A stretch of 60,618 nucleotides of DNA, counting the filler, from Hausera hauseri (lineage: Eukaryota), in NCBI GenBank assembly GCA_046269625.1. It is 11 parts of 11 records of this genome, joined end to end, with 100 filler letters (N's around TTAATTAATTAA, not from the genome) between each part and the next. Parts side by side here need not be neighbours in the genome. Positions count along the whole stretch, not along the records: positions 35,121 to 39,919 come from JBJURY010432361.1; positions 40,020 to 46,288 come from JBJURY010118987.1; positions 46,389 to 56,134 come from JBJURY010295501.1; 8 more parts are not named here. One strand, 5' to 3'. Below the pieces are notes generated by a model. It ran no database searches. It saw nothing but the letters and a program-made list of their open reading frames with translations, and was not told where the DNA came from. The position numbers and the translations under genes were made by a program. The number at the start of each line of letters is the position of its first letter. The stretch's first letter is position 1. Shown in pieces: positions 36,359 through 48,059 of the stretch.

Positions 36359-39300
36359 TTATTTCAGCCGCCAATGTCCATACGCCCAACTCGTACTTCG
36401 CCCTACCCACTTTCGCTTATCGTTACATGACAAAGCGACTTTCGCACTAGTTATTGTGTACAGCTGGTGTTCAATCGATCGGATGATCGTTTGAGAGACA
36501 ACAGCCACTGATTGTCCTCCTTCTTCTGCTGCTTCATATATACGACGATAATAATCGTGGCCGATTTCTGCATTTTCGGTCCACAGTCCGTCAGAAGACT
36601 GTAGCACTTTTGGCGTAGGAATATCCATTCCCGATACTGAACCCGACTTTCACTTTCATTCTTGAAGCAGCCGATCTTGTTGGTGATGGCGTTGCTGCGC
36701 AACGGATGATCCGGCGGGTAGATGGACATGTCCAGTAATCCATCTGACTGCATTTGCTGCAGTAGCTGTTCGCAATTGACTTTTTTCAGCTGCAGGAAAA
36801 AACTGTTTCACCGGCAATTATACTAATGTCACAGCCGTCAAACACTTGCCCGTAACGTGTTAAGTCGCGATACTGTAGCTCATACATGCGCAACTTGCTC
36901 AGGTCCAATACAACTTGTGCGATGTAACTTGGCCGGTCCAGAACGACTTCTCTGTTTAACAGCACCGCAACTAATCCGTGGGCAATGTGCATTGCCCGCC
37001 GAAACTGAGCCTTGCTGGTATACGTAACCAGCGGATTTTCCGAGTTACATAGGTGCACAATGAGTCGCTTTTTCAGATTCTCCACTGTTTTTCCGTACAG
37101 AGAATTGTTTTTCAGCTTGTAGTAGTCCTTCTCGAACTTTGTGCAAGCTGTGGCTCGTTTCTCCGAATTTCCATCTATGTACGCCTTGAATATGGGAGCC
37201 TGAGCAAATCGGATTGCACGATGCAGCTGTGTGACGCGAACACTGAGCTGCATCTAGAACTGTAGCAGACGCCAATGGACCACGTAATTCAGCTTTGGTT
37301 CATGCGTCATGATCAGTTTCTTCACTTTTGAGCCGGGCGGACATTGATTAAATGGTTCGACCAGTAAATCGTCCAAAAAATCAGGCAGCTCATCTGGTAC
37401 CACGAGATAGGCCTCCATCAGGTATCCGACTGAGCCTGCAATGTCTGCTCGATATAGGTTGACCATTATGTCCTCCAGATCTTGTCTGTCGACAACCCAT
37501 TTGAATGAACCATACGGCAAGGTTTGCGAAAGCGCCCAGCAATACAGGTTATTAATATCAATATTCAGCAGTCATGTGGTATCGGTAGAACGGACCTGAT
37601 GCTTGTTGACAAATTTCATGCCGCCGCGAATATCAACATCAAACAGCCGGTACATTTCCGGGTCTTGCAGCAGCTCAATGTCTCGATCCAGTGACATTAG
37701 ATCTGATACCCAAATCATTCCCTGTATGGAATAAAAGTTGAGTGGCTCCAGCCTATTTTCAGCCAACACTTTCGCTCGAAAGGCTAGGAACACATCAGCT
37801 AATAAGTACACGTCCAGTTTAAGATACTGGAGCATGTAATCTAACATGATTCTACAGCCGAGTTCTATCCAACATCTCTGTGCTTTCCGGTATTCATCCT
37901 CTGCGATACCTGTCCATCGCGGCGGTAATTCCACTGCTGTCCGAAATCGCTCATACGATGTTGCAAAGTCATGTGGGAATATGCCTTTCTTGCGTGCGAT
38001 ATGTGCGAGGAACTGTCAGTGCTATCAGAACATCTGGAAAGACGTTTGCCAGCTTTGCCAATGATTCATTGAGAAATTGCAATGAATCAAGGAAGCGTAC
38101 CTGGAACCGGTACTTTTCCATTGTTGTTGGGATTATGGACAGTTCCGAGAGCAGAAATCCGTTGATGGCCAATTTCAGTATATGGTAACAATCATAACCT
38201 CGGAAATTACGAAAGATCACCGGTAGGAATGGCCGCACACGCCTTGTTAAATTGCATGCGTTGCATGCTGTTCCCAGGTATCGACCGGTGAAATGATTAT
38301 GGTCCGGTACGGGCCGTTCCTGTGCATCAAAAGGCAATATTTTGTGGCAAAGGTAACATTCATTAGTGACAGCGAAAAGCGGCGGTTTCAGCCATGAAAA
38401 AGGTAATATTGCGGTTGTCCGGCAGCTTTTATTGGAACAACCAACATACCGGCGGCGATTGGAATGTACTTTTGGTCGTATACGTTGTACCGCAGTAAGA
38501 TTGCCTCGATATCGACATATAACACATATGCTGGACTGTCTGTTTTGGACCAGTCACAGTCGAGGTACATTGTTATCCCTGATGAATTTTGTCTGCAAAT
38601 CGTCACATGTTTTTCTGATGTCATTTTTGATCTAAACCATGTAGACATGTAGGGCACCATTTACAATTTATACGCTTTTTGATGAATTAGTGGTGATCCA
38701 TGTTCAGTAGTCTGCCCAAATTGGTTATTGCCACGTAGTGAAATTTATCTGCTTCCTCCACAGCAACAAATTTATTGAGCGTCCATTCGGGTTCCGACTG
38801 CGATAAATTATATCCACGTGTGGGTTTTTGTATCTTTTCGCCTGCTGGTATTTCTACAATTGTGTTATACCGGAAAACTTTGATTGCCAGAGTAGGATTA
38901 CGCCGTTCAAATGTCGGTATGGATTTCAGTTTCATCGGCATCCAGCTTTCATCGAATTCCAATTCGGAAAAATACTGCCGATACTGCTATGGACGATTTG
39001 CATGATTTCTAACCACTTCGTCGTATTTTAATATAGCTAGAATACTGTAAATGAAACAGTATTCGTCGTCAGTATTTTCTACATTCACTACCGACAGAGA
39101 CTGCTTTAGAGCTGCAAGTTTCGGTACGAATGATCGCCCAGACAAACGTATCATCACTCGACCATGTTATGATAAAGCCTAGAGTGGCAATTTTTATAAT
39201 TCGAAAGCCACTACCCTTTTCGGTGTAGTTGGCGGTTTTTTCATCCAGCTTTTCGCTAACATCGGCGATAAAATCTTCCGAAAATGGTACAGCTCGATGT

Positions 39301-39902
39301 GATAGGTACCATTGTTTCCCGTCACCTTCAACATTTTCAAATTCTGCAAGTGAGTAATATTGCACTTTGCAGTGTTGATGTTGGAATTTCTCTACTTCCA
39401 ATTCCAACCGGTTGCGCACATTGGACAGAACATGCCTCAGCTGTAGTGTTGTTGTCCCCGACATGTTTACTTTTATGTCCACGTACGATTTGTTTAGATC
39501 GTACTTGACAGTAACGAAAGGTTCCTGCTGTTGCTGTTGCTGCTCGGTACTGTTTCAGATGTATTCTTTAAGACTTGTGGATGCTTGACGTTTTCTGCTT
39601 GTTGAGGGGATACTGGTTTTTCTTGTCGCCATCACTATTTCCTTTTTGGATCGCTGAAATTGGTTCAGGTGACCATTGAGCTGGTTGTAAAATTGTTCAT
39701 AGTTGATTTCATCAACTATAGAACAACCGGGACAAATGTAGGTCCGTTTACCGTGCACCGTTATGGCGCCATAGTACTGCTCCATTACACTATGGCAACC
39801 ATCGTCGTCATGCACTCTACTACAACAGTATCGCGGGTATGTGGAGCAATACACAACCATCATCTTTGCACGCGTAAGCGGGTCAAGATGATGCTTGTGC
39901 AT
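36359..39902 (-). pseudogene. Near full-length but decayed Polinton/adintovirus-type pPolB, with N-terminal extension and an endonuclease VII-like Zn module
   Basis: In order: DEYCFIYSILA, IPTFERRNP.LAI.VF, HYVAITNL.RLL, V.DHNHFTGRYLG.AC..CNL, F.NFRGYD, RFLDSLQFL..SL.KL, YLKLDV.LLADVF..FR, IRGG, DINNLY..ALSQ.LPYG.F, YKLKNNSLYGKTVEN, P.YI...VLDLSKL.MY, IG.FKNE and ALS..DKR. Many frameshifts. Confidence 0.92.
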
Positions 39903-40019
39903 CGCATAAAAGTCGGGGTNNNNNNNNNNNNNNNNNNNNNNNNNNNNNNNNNNNNNNNNNNNNTTAATTAATTAANNNNNNNNNNNNNNNNNNNNNNNNN
40001 NNNNNNNNNNNNNNNNNNN

Positions 40020-41400
40020 TCGGCAATTAACTGTGAGATCGTAGTAATCTAGGAAATCGGAACCAAGGATTGGTTGCATGACATCGGCCAATATGATTGA
40101 CCATGCTTTTGGTCGGCCTTGTAGGTGAAATTTCAGGTACAGTGTACCTGCAGTTTTCATGCGCGTGCCACTGGTATCTTTGAGTGATGTATGCGAGACT
40201 GGCGTAGGTCTAGCGTATGCGCTAGATATCAGCGATAGAGCTGCACCAGAGTCGATTAAAAAATCGAGTTGTTTCGAGATATCAGAGTGTAGTGGCTCCG
40301 CCTCGAGGGTAAAAATAGCATCGACAATGCATTCGCTATTTGTATACGGCAGTTGTAAAGGTTGGTTTTCCAGTCGACGTGCCGTTGGTCGTCTGGACCC
40401 ATTTAGTTTTTTGATAGCTTGAGAAATTTGCAGCCGGGTCGACAGATTTCTGCATCCGGACCGAAATGGTTGTGATAAATGCAAGTATCTTGCATTTTTA
40501 TGTTTGATGATGGCTTGTAGAATTGACAACCATGGTAACAATTATAGGAGGATTCGCCAAATCGTGCGTGGAAATGACAAATTTTGAAAATTTGCCTTTC
40601 TTTCTCTTGGGGGATTGGCACCAAGATGAAGGTTTATCTCTGGCTAGCAGATTTTTGTGCGTTACAAGTGCCTGCAGTGCGGCGATAATGGTCGTCGTGA
40701 CGGGGTAAATGTTTTCCGTTGGAACGGATGCCACGGTGCCTTTAGTGCACTCATGTATTTTGTCGGCTTTTGATGCCATATCGTCCAACGTGGTATCGGG
40801 CGGTAATAACACAAGTGCGGCTTGGATTTGGTTAGCAAACTACTGAGGAAGTAGCGCCGTAGTATGTGCTGGTTCGTGTGGAGGTCCAGCTTAGCATTGC
40901 TTAAGTCTGAGCGTAACTTTTGAAGCAGAGCAGAAGGTTTCACATTCCCTGTCTGTCGCTTGGTGAAGACCAAGTTGAACTGGTGATGCTGGGACGGCAG
41001 ATATGCTTTGCATATGACTGCTTTGATTTTGTCAAACGGCTTTTCATCTGCCAGTAACGTGTCTAGATCCGTTATTGCTGCGGGCGTTGTTGGCTGCAGG
41101 TATTGTATAAGTGTTAAGGCCTTGTTCAGTTGGCCGGTGATGCTGCATTGAGTAGCCCATGTTTCAGACACATGAACCACTTCAATGGAGTTCCGTCCGA
41201 ACCTATGAAGAAGGTTGGACATCCTAGTTTTGGAGGTTTGGCCGGTGCTGATGATGCAGTTTCGGCTTTATTGTCGGGCGTGTTGTCATCAACGCCTCCT
41301 TTTAGTTTCGTAGTTGCCAGTATAGTGGTATTTTCTACGAAAATTGTATAGATTGCGCAATCATTCTTGGTAATAATTTTCAATTATAGGAAAATGTATG
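40020..41400 (-). mobile_element. Degenerate Ty3/Gypsy gag and protease (same group as 14663-17350)
   Basis: Gag P.FF...P.KWF, KPSALL..L, LDDMA.KAD.I; twin CHFHARFG..SYNC..GC.F and CIYHNHFG..A..C..GCKF; protease FLIDSGAALSLI and ADV.QPILGSDFL. Confidence 0.88.
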
Positions 41401-43060
41401 CTCGTGATACTGTTGGTTTAAAACCTCCAGCATTCCCGACATAGCTAGAGTGAATGGAAAGCGATGAGCTTTTGTATGACGCCAATTTTGTATAATGAAT
41501 TGTACTTCGTTTGGCGCACAATCAGTCGATGTTGTTTCACCATAGTGAATTTTGTTGGCGATGTCAATCGACTAACGATTGGATGAATGGTTTAATATCG
41601 AATTTCCGCTCGTTGTGTGTTCTATTTTGGCACTGTTCGTATAATCGAGTTTGTATTTCGATTTGACGGTGTTGACGCATGTATTAGTGGTAGAATATTT
41701 TGGCACTTGTTCAATGTCACGCCTTGTAATTTTCTGGTTGCAGTTGATTTTGGTGATACAACTGTCAGTGGGTATTACGTGACCATGTTTGGTGATCCAC
41801 GAATGTGTGACCGGATTAGTTTCTACGGCACTTGTGTGAATTTGAATCTGACTGCTATCAACGGCTATGTGAAGTGTTTGAGCCGGATATATTTCAACTG
41901 GTGCGTTTGTGTTATAGGGCGTGAATGCGGCAACCGCTGCCAGCATTTTGGTGAGTTTAGTTTTTATAAAATGATTGAATAAAAACACAATGCAAAACAA
42001 ACAAAATAAAGATCAAATAAACTTCAGAACATTTATTTTGTTCCATATTAAGCTCGCTCACCGAGGCGTATGATTGGTACGTACTGGATCGGGACGATCC
42101 TAGCCTACGAAGTCGTTGCGGAGGTACCTGTACATCATCCGAGATAGTGTTCACCGGGGTGCTTTTCCTTCTCATCGGCTTAACCCGGCGCCTGCGAGGC
42201 GTGACTGGCATGTCCTCGGAGCTCGACGTCCGTGCCCGCGATGTTTCGACGGGTCGGCGGCACGGTATCAACTGACTCTCCGAGGGAGCCAGAGATTCAT
42301 AAAGTCGGTCGGCTGCCGACATCAGTCTTAAGAAGACCGGCAGGAAAACCGACGAGTCGAAAAGACGTCGATTTTCCTGTCTTCATGAAACCTTTGGAGC
42401 ATTCCGCTGGGTAAATAATACGGGTCGTTCCGCCCCAGCTTGGTCAGGTGCCGTACAAATCGGCTTCGTTGCAGTAACTCCTGTGTCGTCAAGAAATCCG
42501 AATAGGACCGACATGGGGTTCTCTTGCCGGTGTTGCGGCGTCGCCTTTCTCGGGAGGCTGTATTTTGTCGGATCAGACACGGCTGGTTAGTTTATACTGT
42601 CGAGGTGTCACTCCTGTCGTTGTTATTTATCATTCCGGCATCTGTAGTTCTGTGTGCCTTTGGGATTTGGTATTTTGGAAGGACGCAGTTCTTTATGTTG
42701 CCAAACGTGGCATCTGGTCGTCATTCCATCAGTGATATCAGTTCGCACACCGTTTTGTGATTATCGGGTTTCTGCGTTCGATGTTTCTGGCATGTTTTAA
42801 ATATTTGTGTTTTTGGGAAAACTGTGGATTGAAACAAATAAATTTGAATCCACAGATTTTAATTGTCAATTTTTTATTATTGTTATAAGTGCTGATCACT
42901 TCAGCACTCGTAGTCCCAGTTTTTATTTTGTAATTTTTTGTTTCGTAGGCGGATTCTTATTTGTTTGGGATGAATCCGTGATTTATTTTGATTTTATTTT
43001 TGGCCAGAAATTTAATTTGTTATTTGAGATTTTTTTTCATAAAATTTTACACGGAATTTT

Positions 43061-46000
43061 TTAAATTTGTGGTTTTTGTATTTTATTTGATTGACACCGT
43101 GATATTAATTTTTGAGGTTTTAATTTAGTATTTTTTGTAAGGTAGAACCTTACAATATTGATTACTTGTTCATACATTTTTGTAAGATATTGCTGACAAG
43201 ACATCTTGGTTACTGGAACTTCTTTCTTTGACATTTCTACTAAATAATCTATTAAGTATCCTCTTTCATTCGGTAATGAATCGACCTGGGTTAATCCCAA
43301 ATAGGCTGTGACTCTATTAATTTATCTAGTACTATATACTACTTTACGCTCCACACCATATTTCTCAGCAAGTATATCCATTCTTTCATCGTGTAGTTGT
43401 ATTGATCGATAATAAATTCCCATAGTACTCGCTTGTGTCCAATTTATTATCTCTTCATCAGTTACTTTTATCCCTTTTGGCTGATCTTTGTTTTTATTGA
43501 AACTATGAAGAGGAACTTGCATCATGTATTGCCGAATTTCCTCTGTATCGAAGTCAGGTGCTAGGATGAAATTATTGATATGGAAATGATCCACAATCTG
43601 CTGTAATATGCTTTGTTGGTGGTATTCATTGAGATGATAAAAAAACACAAATATTGACTCTGGATCCACATAATAACACCACAAGATATGTCATGATGAC
43701 TCATTCATAACTCCCACAGAACTTGATATACCCATCTATCTATTTCGGGGGTTGGTTCCGATAGGGTCTCTAAACACTTATATAAAAGTTTAGTCCAAAT
43801 AACTTCCCTATGGGTTGTTTTTGCCGACAGTATCTGTGTGTTTCGTAGTCTATTTACACAACATTTTATATTTTGCACATTGGAATCTTCTTCTGTAATC
43901 ATTCATCTTTGAATCAGAATATTTGAGTAGTTATCAGCATCACTTCTTATCATATCATAGTAATCGAAATTAAGGCATAATATAAGATTATATGATCGAT
44001 ATTGTCATGATACGTTCAGTGATCAAGATCATGTTTTTTACGAATTTGTTTTTGAGTTCTACTCAATGTTAATAGTTGATCATGCTTGGTTTCATCTGGA
44101 GATTGATTAAAACCTTTATTAAAATCACTAATTATCGTTTGGATCATTCGATCATATCTGGTACACTTTGAATACCATTGAAATTCTAATTTAGTATTAT
44201 TGAAGGCTCTCAGGCATGAATGCATTTGTATGTATTGCTTCGCAGTTGGTTTATATCTTCATATGATGTAATAAACGAGTTGTCCAAATTTTATTTCGGT
44301 ATTCTTCCTTATCATAACCATGTCTATAGGCTAGCGCGATAATTTTCTTATCGTAATATTTACGTTTTCGTAATCTATAGATAGTTTCAGGGAATTGTCC
44401 TCTCTCGTAGATTTCTTTTTCCATCTGTAGATGTGGTGTACTACTGCATATCATTATTCGTGTTTTATGTACATATCTACTTTTCGCTCTCATCCATTCT
44501 GTATCGAGATGTACAATTACTAATGTCAAGTTATCTTTTAGATATCAATCGTACAGTATTTCCACTTCGTGTCGCAGTTCTTCTAAACTTTATATTTTTG
44601 ATTTTATCAATGTATTGTAATACTCTGTTTTCTCCCTCACGTCAGTAATAGCTGCAATCAATTCTATCGTGAGGGGTTCATCTTCCAATTCAGCTCATAT
44701 ATGCCTCTTATATTCCTCAGTATCGTTTTTAATGTTCTGAATTTTTCGTGTCCATAGACCGTTAATTACATGATCGATACCACAGTCTTCTATTAAGTCG
44801 TCAAGAATTTCTTTATCTTGAGTTGAAACTTCTGATTGCTTGGGTCTATGTATGGCTATATTAAGCAATTAATATAGGGATATATCCCATGTAGTGAAGG
44901 ACGTAAAGGTTCCTGCATGCAAATTAAGGGGATTCGTTTTCAGATATTGTTGGGCTATTAGTGCTATAGTTTTAAGAGCATAAGCGTCACCTTGTGCGAA
45001 ATAACGTCTTTCAGGATTATAGATGTGTATTTTTGAATAATGATATTCGGGAGACTGTCGTTTATTCAAGGTTCTATTAATTACCCACAAGAATATACGT
45101 GTCCAAGTTAATTCAACATCTGGTTCTGCTATCGCTTCTCTAGCTGGCTCAATTTCGATACTTTCTGTTTTCAGATTTTTTAAATGTTGTTGACGGAGGG
45201 AATGTACTATTTCATGTAAAGTCTGCTTTGGATATTGTTGTTTCAATTTAGTAATTTCATATTCCACGTTCAGGTCATGTTTTCAATGATTTATTGATCA
45301 TTTGCAACAAATGTGTTACTTCATGTACTTCAATCAATCGATCAACATCATTTTGCTTATAAAATTTATATCTTTTTATTATTGCTATTTCGTTATTCCT
45401 TATTGTGTTCCATGATTTCAACAGTAAGAATTTATCTTCTGTTGACATTTTTTCATAGGTTTTTCCGAATTCTATTAGAATGGTATCGGTGATTGATTTG
45501 AACGTATTATTCTCCGAGACAATATGTTGGTCTAACGCTATTCTATTAAGTTTCATTTGTATTTCTTCATCTTCCATCAAGGGTATATCGTCCAACTCCG
45601 CTCTTGGCCAAGTATGGCTTTTAACAATTTCTTTTGTTGAAATGATCGACGATTCATTTAATAAACGTTGTATATGGGGATCCTTTGTCCAAGGGTTTTC
45701 AGTTGTTTCTACTTTAGGTATCATGTAATTTAGGACTGACCTAGGGGCTAATATATCAGAGATTTCACCCAAAAACTTTTCTCTATTAGCTCGTTTTTTC
45801 TTGTCCCATTGTCGTCTTGTGAATTGAATTAATTCCGTTAATTGTTCAACCGCATATATTGCTAGTATCTATGATATGAATATTATGTATTTTGCATAAT
45901 CTTGTTCGCTTGAGTGGATTGGTTAGGCAGCAAGGTTTCCAATTAAACAACATATTACTAGGGTAGATAGAAGTATTGGATTTGGTCTACCACAATTTCC

Positions 46001-46288
46001 TTTGTTTTCTTCGTAATCAGGAGGAGGTGATTGTTTGGCTATCCTTTGATAATATTTTACCACTCGGCAAAATCTATAAAATTCTACCACTATTAGTGCG
46101 ACTACAGTGCTACTGGCTAAACCGATTAGAAACATACGTAGTAGAAACGATTTATAATCTACAACTGGTAGTGCAGGAATGACTGCATATTCCTATTGGC
46201 TTGCTTCAATTGAAGTTACGTTGAGTGCTGACAAGGCCACAGGTATTGCTATTCGTTTATAAATACGTGGTGACTTGCTCGGAACATG
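43061..46288 (-). pseudogene. Decayed long multi-TM coding region of unknown function (family shared with 56235-58480)
   Basis: Collinear ORF pieces are homologous to 56575-58440: RIYKRIAI.VALS.LNV, FL..FLI.LASST.VALIV..FY, PP.Y, WTKDPH.QRLL.ES, HTWP.A.L.DIP, PLNLHAG.FTSFTTW and IVHLD..WMRAK. Confidence 0.7.
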
Positions 46289-47044
46289 NNNNNNNNNNNN
46301 NNNNNNNNNNNNNNNNNNNNNNNNNNNNNNNNTTAATTAATTAANNNNNNNNNNNNNNNNNNNNNNNNNNNNNNNNNNNNNNNNNNNNTTAAAGATTCTA
46401 TATTTTTTATGTTGGCTACCGGCTCCATTAATATTCCATGTGACAAACCTTAAAGTGCCCATACCTGTGATTGTGAGAATATAGATAAACCACACCCATT
46501 ATCACAAATATAAAAAATAATAAAACACCCAGGAACAAACATAATCCTTGAGGGTTGACTATTTATCATTAATTAATACTCTAAGTGTTGTTCTTGAAGA
46601 TACATCATAGTTGTATGTCTTTATGCGGCATTTGTATGGATTGACATGTGCGTAGATCAGCCCTTGTGCCTGTGTGCTAATGAATGATATTGAGAGAAAG
46701 AAACAAAGAGACAAAAAGCATAAAATTAAAGGAAAAACAAACAAGCAAACAACAAAAAAAACAAACAGTAACCACTGTGACATCGTTCACCTTCACCAGT
46801 GCAGATACCCGAGCTGTGCTATAAATTTCATTAACACATACCAGTTAATTCACCTCCAGTGTAACAAGTGAAAGACCAGCACTATTCAACTAAACTGCCC
46901 TAGGGCCACAACCATTGAAAGCCAAGCGCTTATAATAAATTTATCCGTATTTCTTATCAAAATAACTATGGTCTGATTTTATTTATTCATTTATTTTTAT
47001 TATTATTTATAAGGCTTACATACTGATGGACCATTTAGCTCACG

Positions 47045-47088
47045 AATGGGCCCTACTTGACCTGCGGGCCGCACATTGAACAGCCCTG
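47045..47088 (-). mobile_element. hAT/Charlie-like transposon terminus
   Basis: Minus-strand CAGGGCTGTTCAATGTGCGGCCCGCAGG next to TTTAGAG resembles the CAGGG...CGGCCCGCGGGCC ends of vertebrate Charlie elements. Confidence 0.5.
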
Positions 47089-47111
47089 CTCTAAATTAAC
47101 CTTCTGTTCCT

Positions 47112-47969
47112 CTAATACAGCCACGGAGTGACTTCCCGTTCTCTGTACAGTTGACCATTAACATAAAGTTTGTCAACAGCTACTGTAGCCCTTGCACCTT
47201 CAGAAATAAATTTCTTCCTTAGTGGAAACAAAACGCGTCTTCGATCGAGGATTTCTTTAGGAAATTGATCATTAACGCTGAAGTCTGTTCCACGTAGCTC
47301 TCGACCCTGTCTTATAACCTGCATTTTCTGTTTGTAATGCTCAAATTTAACTACAATTGGCCGAGGACGCTTCTTATCAGACTTCCTAGCTCCAAGCCGG
47401 TGAACGCGATGAAAAGTGATTGATCTTACCGTCTCGCTCGGTAGTTTCAGCTGTTGTTGAATGAAGTCACGGATTGTAACTTCCGCGTCTTCCTCCACCC
47501 GCTCCGGTACCCCAGAAAAAACAAGATTATCTCTCATACTACGAGCTTGTAGATCCAAAATTGATTCTTTAATCTTCCTGTTTTCTCCGGTCATCTGTGT
47601 CACGTTCTCGTTAATTTTTTTCATTTCCTCCCGCAGCACTTTGTTCTCTGCGGTCAATGACGTCACCTGCGCTTGGCTAAATTCTAAAGATTCTTTCAGT
47701 GACTGAAATTCTTTATGAAGAATTTCAACTAGGGCCAGTCTGTTATCTAAGCTAGTTAGCTTTTTATCAATCGATTCCAACACCTCCGTGAAACTGTTCC
47801 CTGGAGGCGTGGATGTTCCCGGAGAGCTCTCCGAACGCGTGCGCTTCGATGTCTGTGTGGGTGTGGTGTTTCCCTGTGTTTTACCCATCACGAAGCTGTC
47901 AAAACACTGGTCCAGAAAATTCTCCAGGTCACTCACCGTCTCCTCGTCCAGTTTGTGTATTTTAATCAA
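47112..47969 (-). CDS. L1/Tx1-type ORF1-like protein (coiled coil, RRM, CTD), intact
   Basis: Heptad coiled coil, then DLQARSMRDNLVFSGVPE, FHRVHRLG....RPRPIVVKF, SVNDQFPKEI..RRR.L and VDKLYVNG. Confidence 0.85.
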   Translation of the reverse strand: MIKIHKLDEETVSDLENFLDQCFDSFVMGKTQGNTTPTQTSKRTRSESSPGTSTPPGNSFTEVLESIDKKLTSLDNRLALVEILHKEFQSLKESLEFSQAQVTSLTAENKVLREEMKKINENVTQMTGENRKIKESILDLQARSMRDNLVFSGVPERVEEDAEVTIRDFIQQQLKLPSETVRSITFHRVHRLGARKSDKKRPRPIVVKFEHYKQKMQVIRQGRELRGTDFSVNDQFPKEILDRRRVLFPLRKKFISEGARATVAVDKLYVNGQLYREREVTPWLY

Positions 47970-48059
47970 GAGGCAGAGATTAATACGAACAATATATTTA
48001 TGTTATGAATAAATGAATTAATATATTGGCTTACCTGAATTTAATCGTTTTTATTTTGG

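Noticed and set aside
39912-39919. GTCGGGGT as a Gypsy PBS (TGGTGACCCCGAC) linking pPolB to an LTR element; similar motif at 17643-17657
   Set aside because: Only 8 bp are visible at a contig edge and the second site is imperfect with no definable LTR; this is insufficient.
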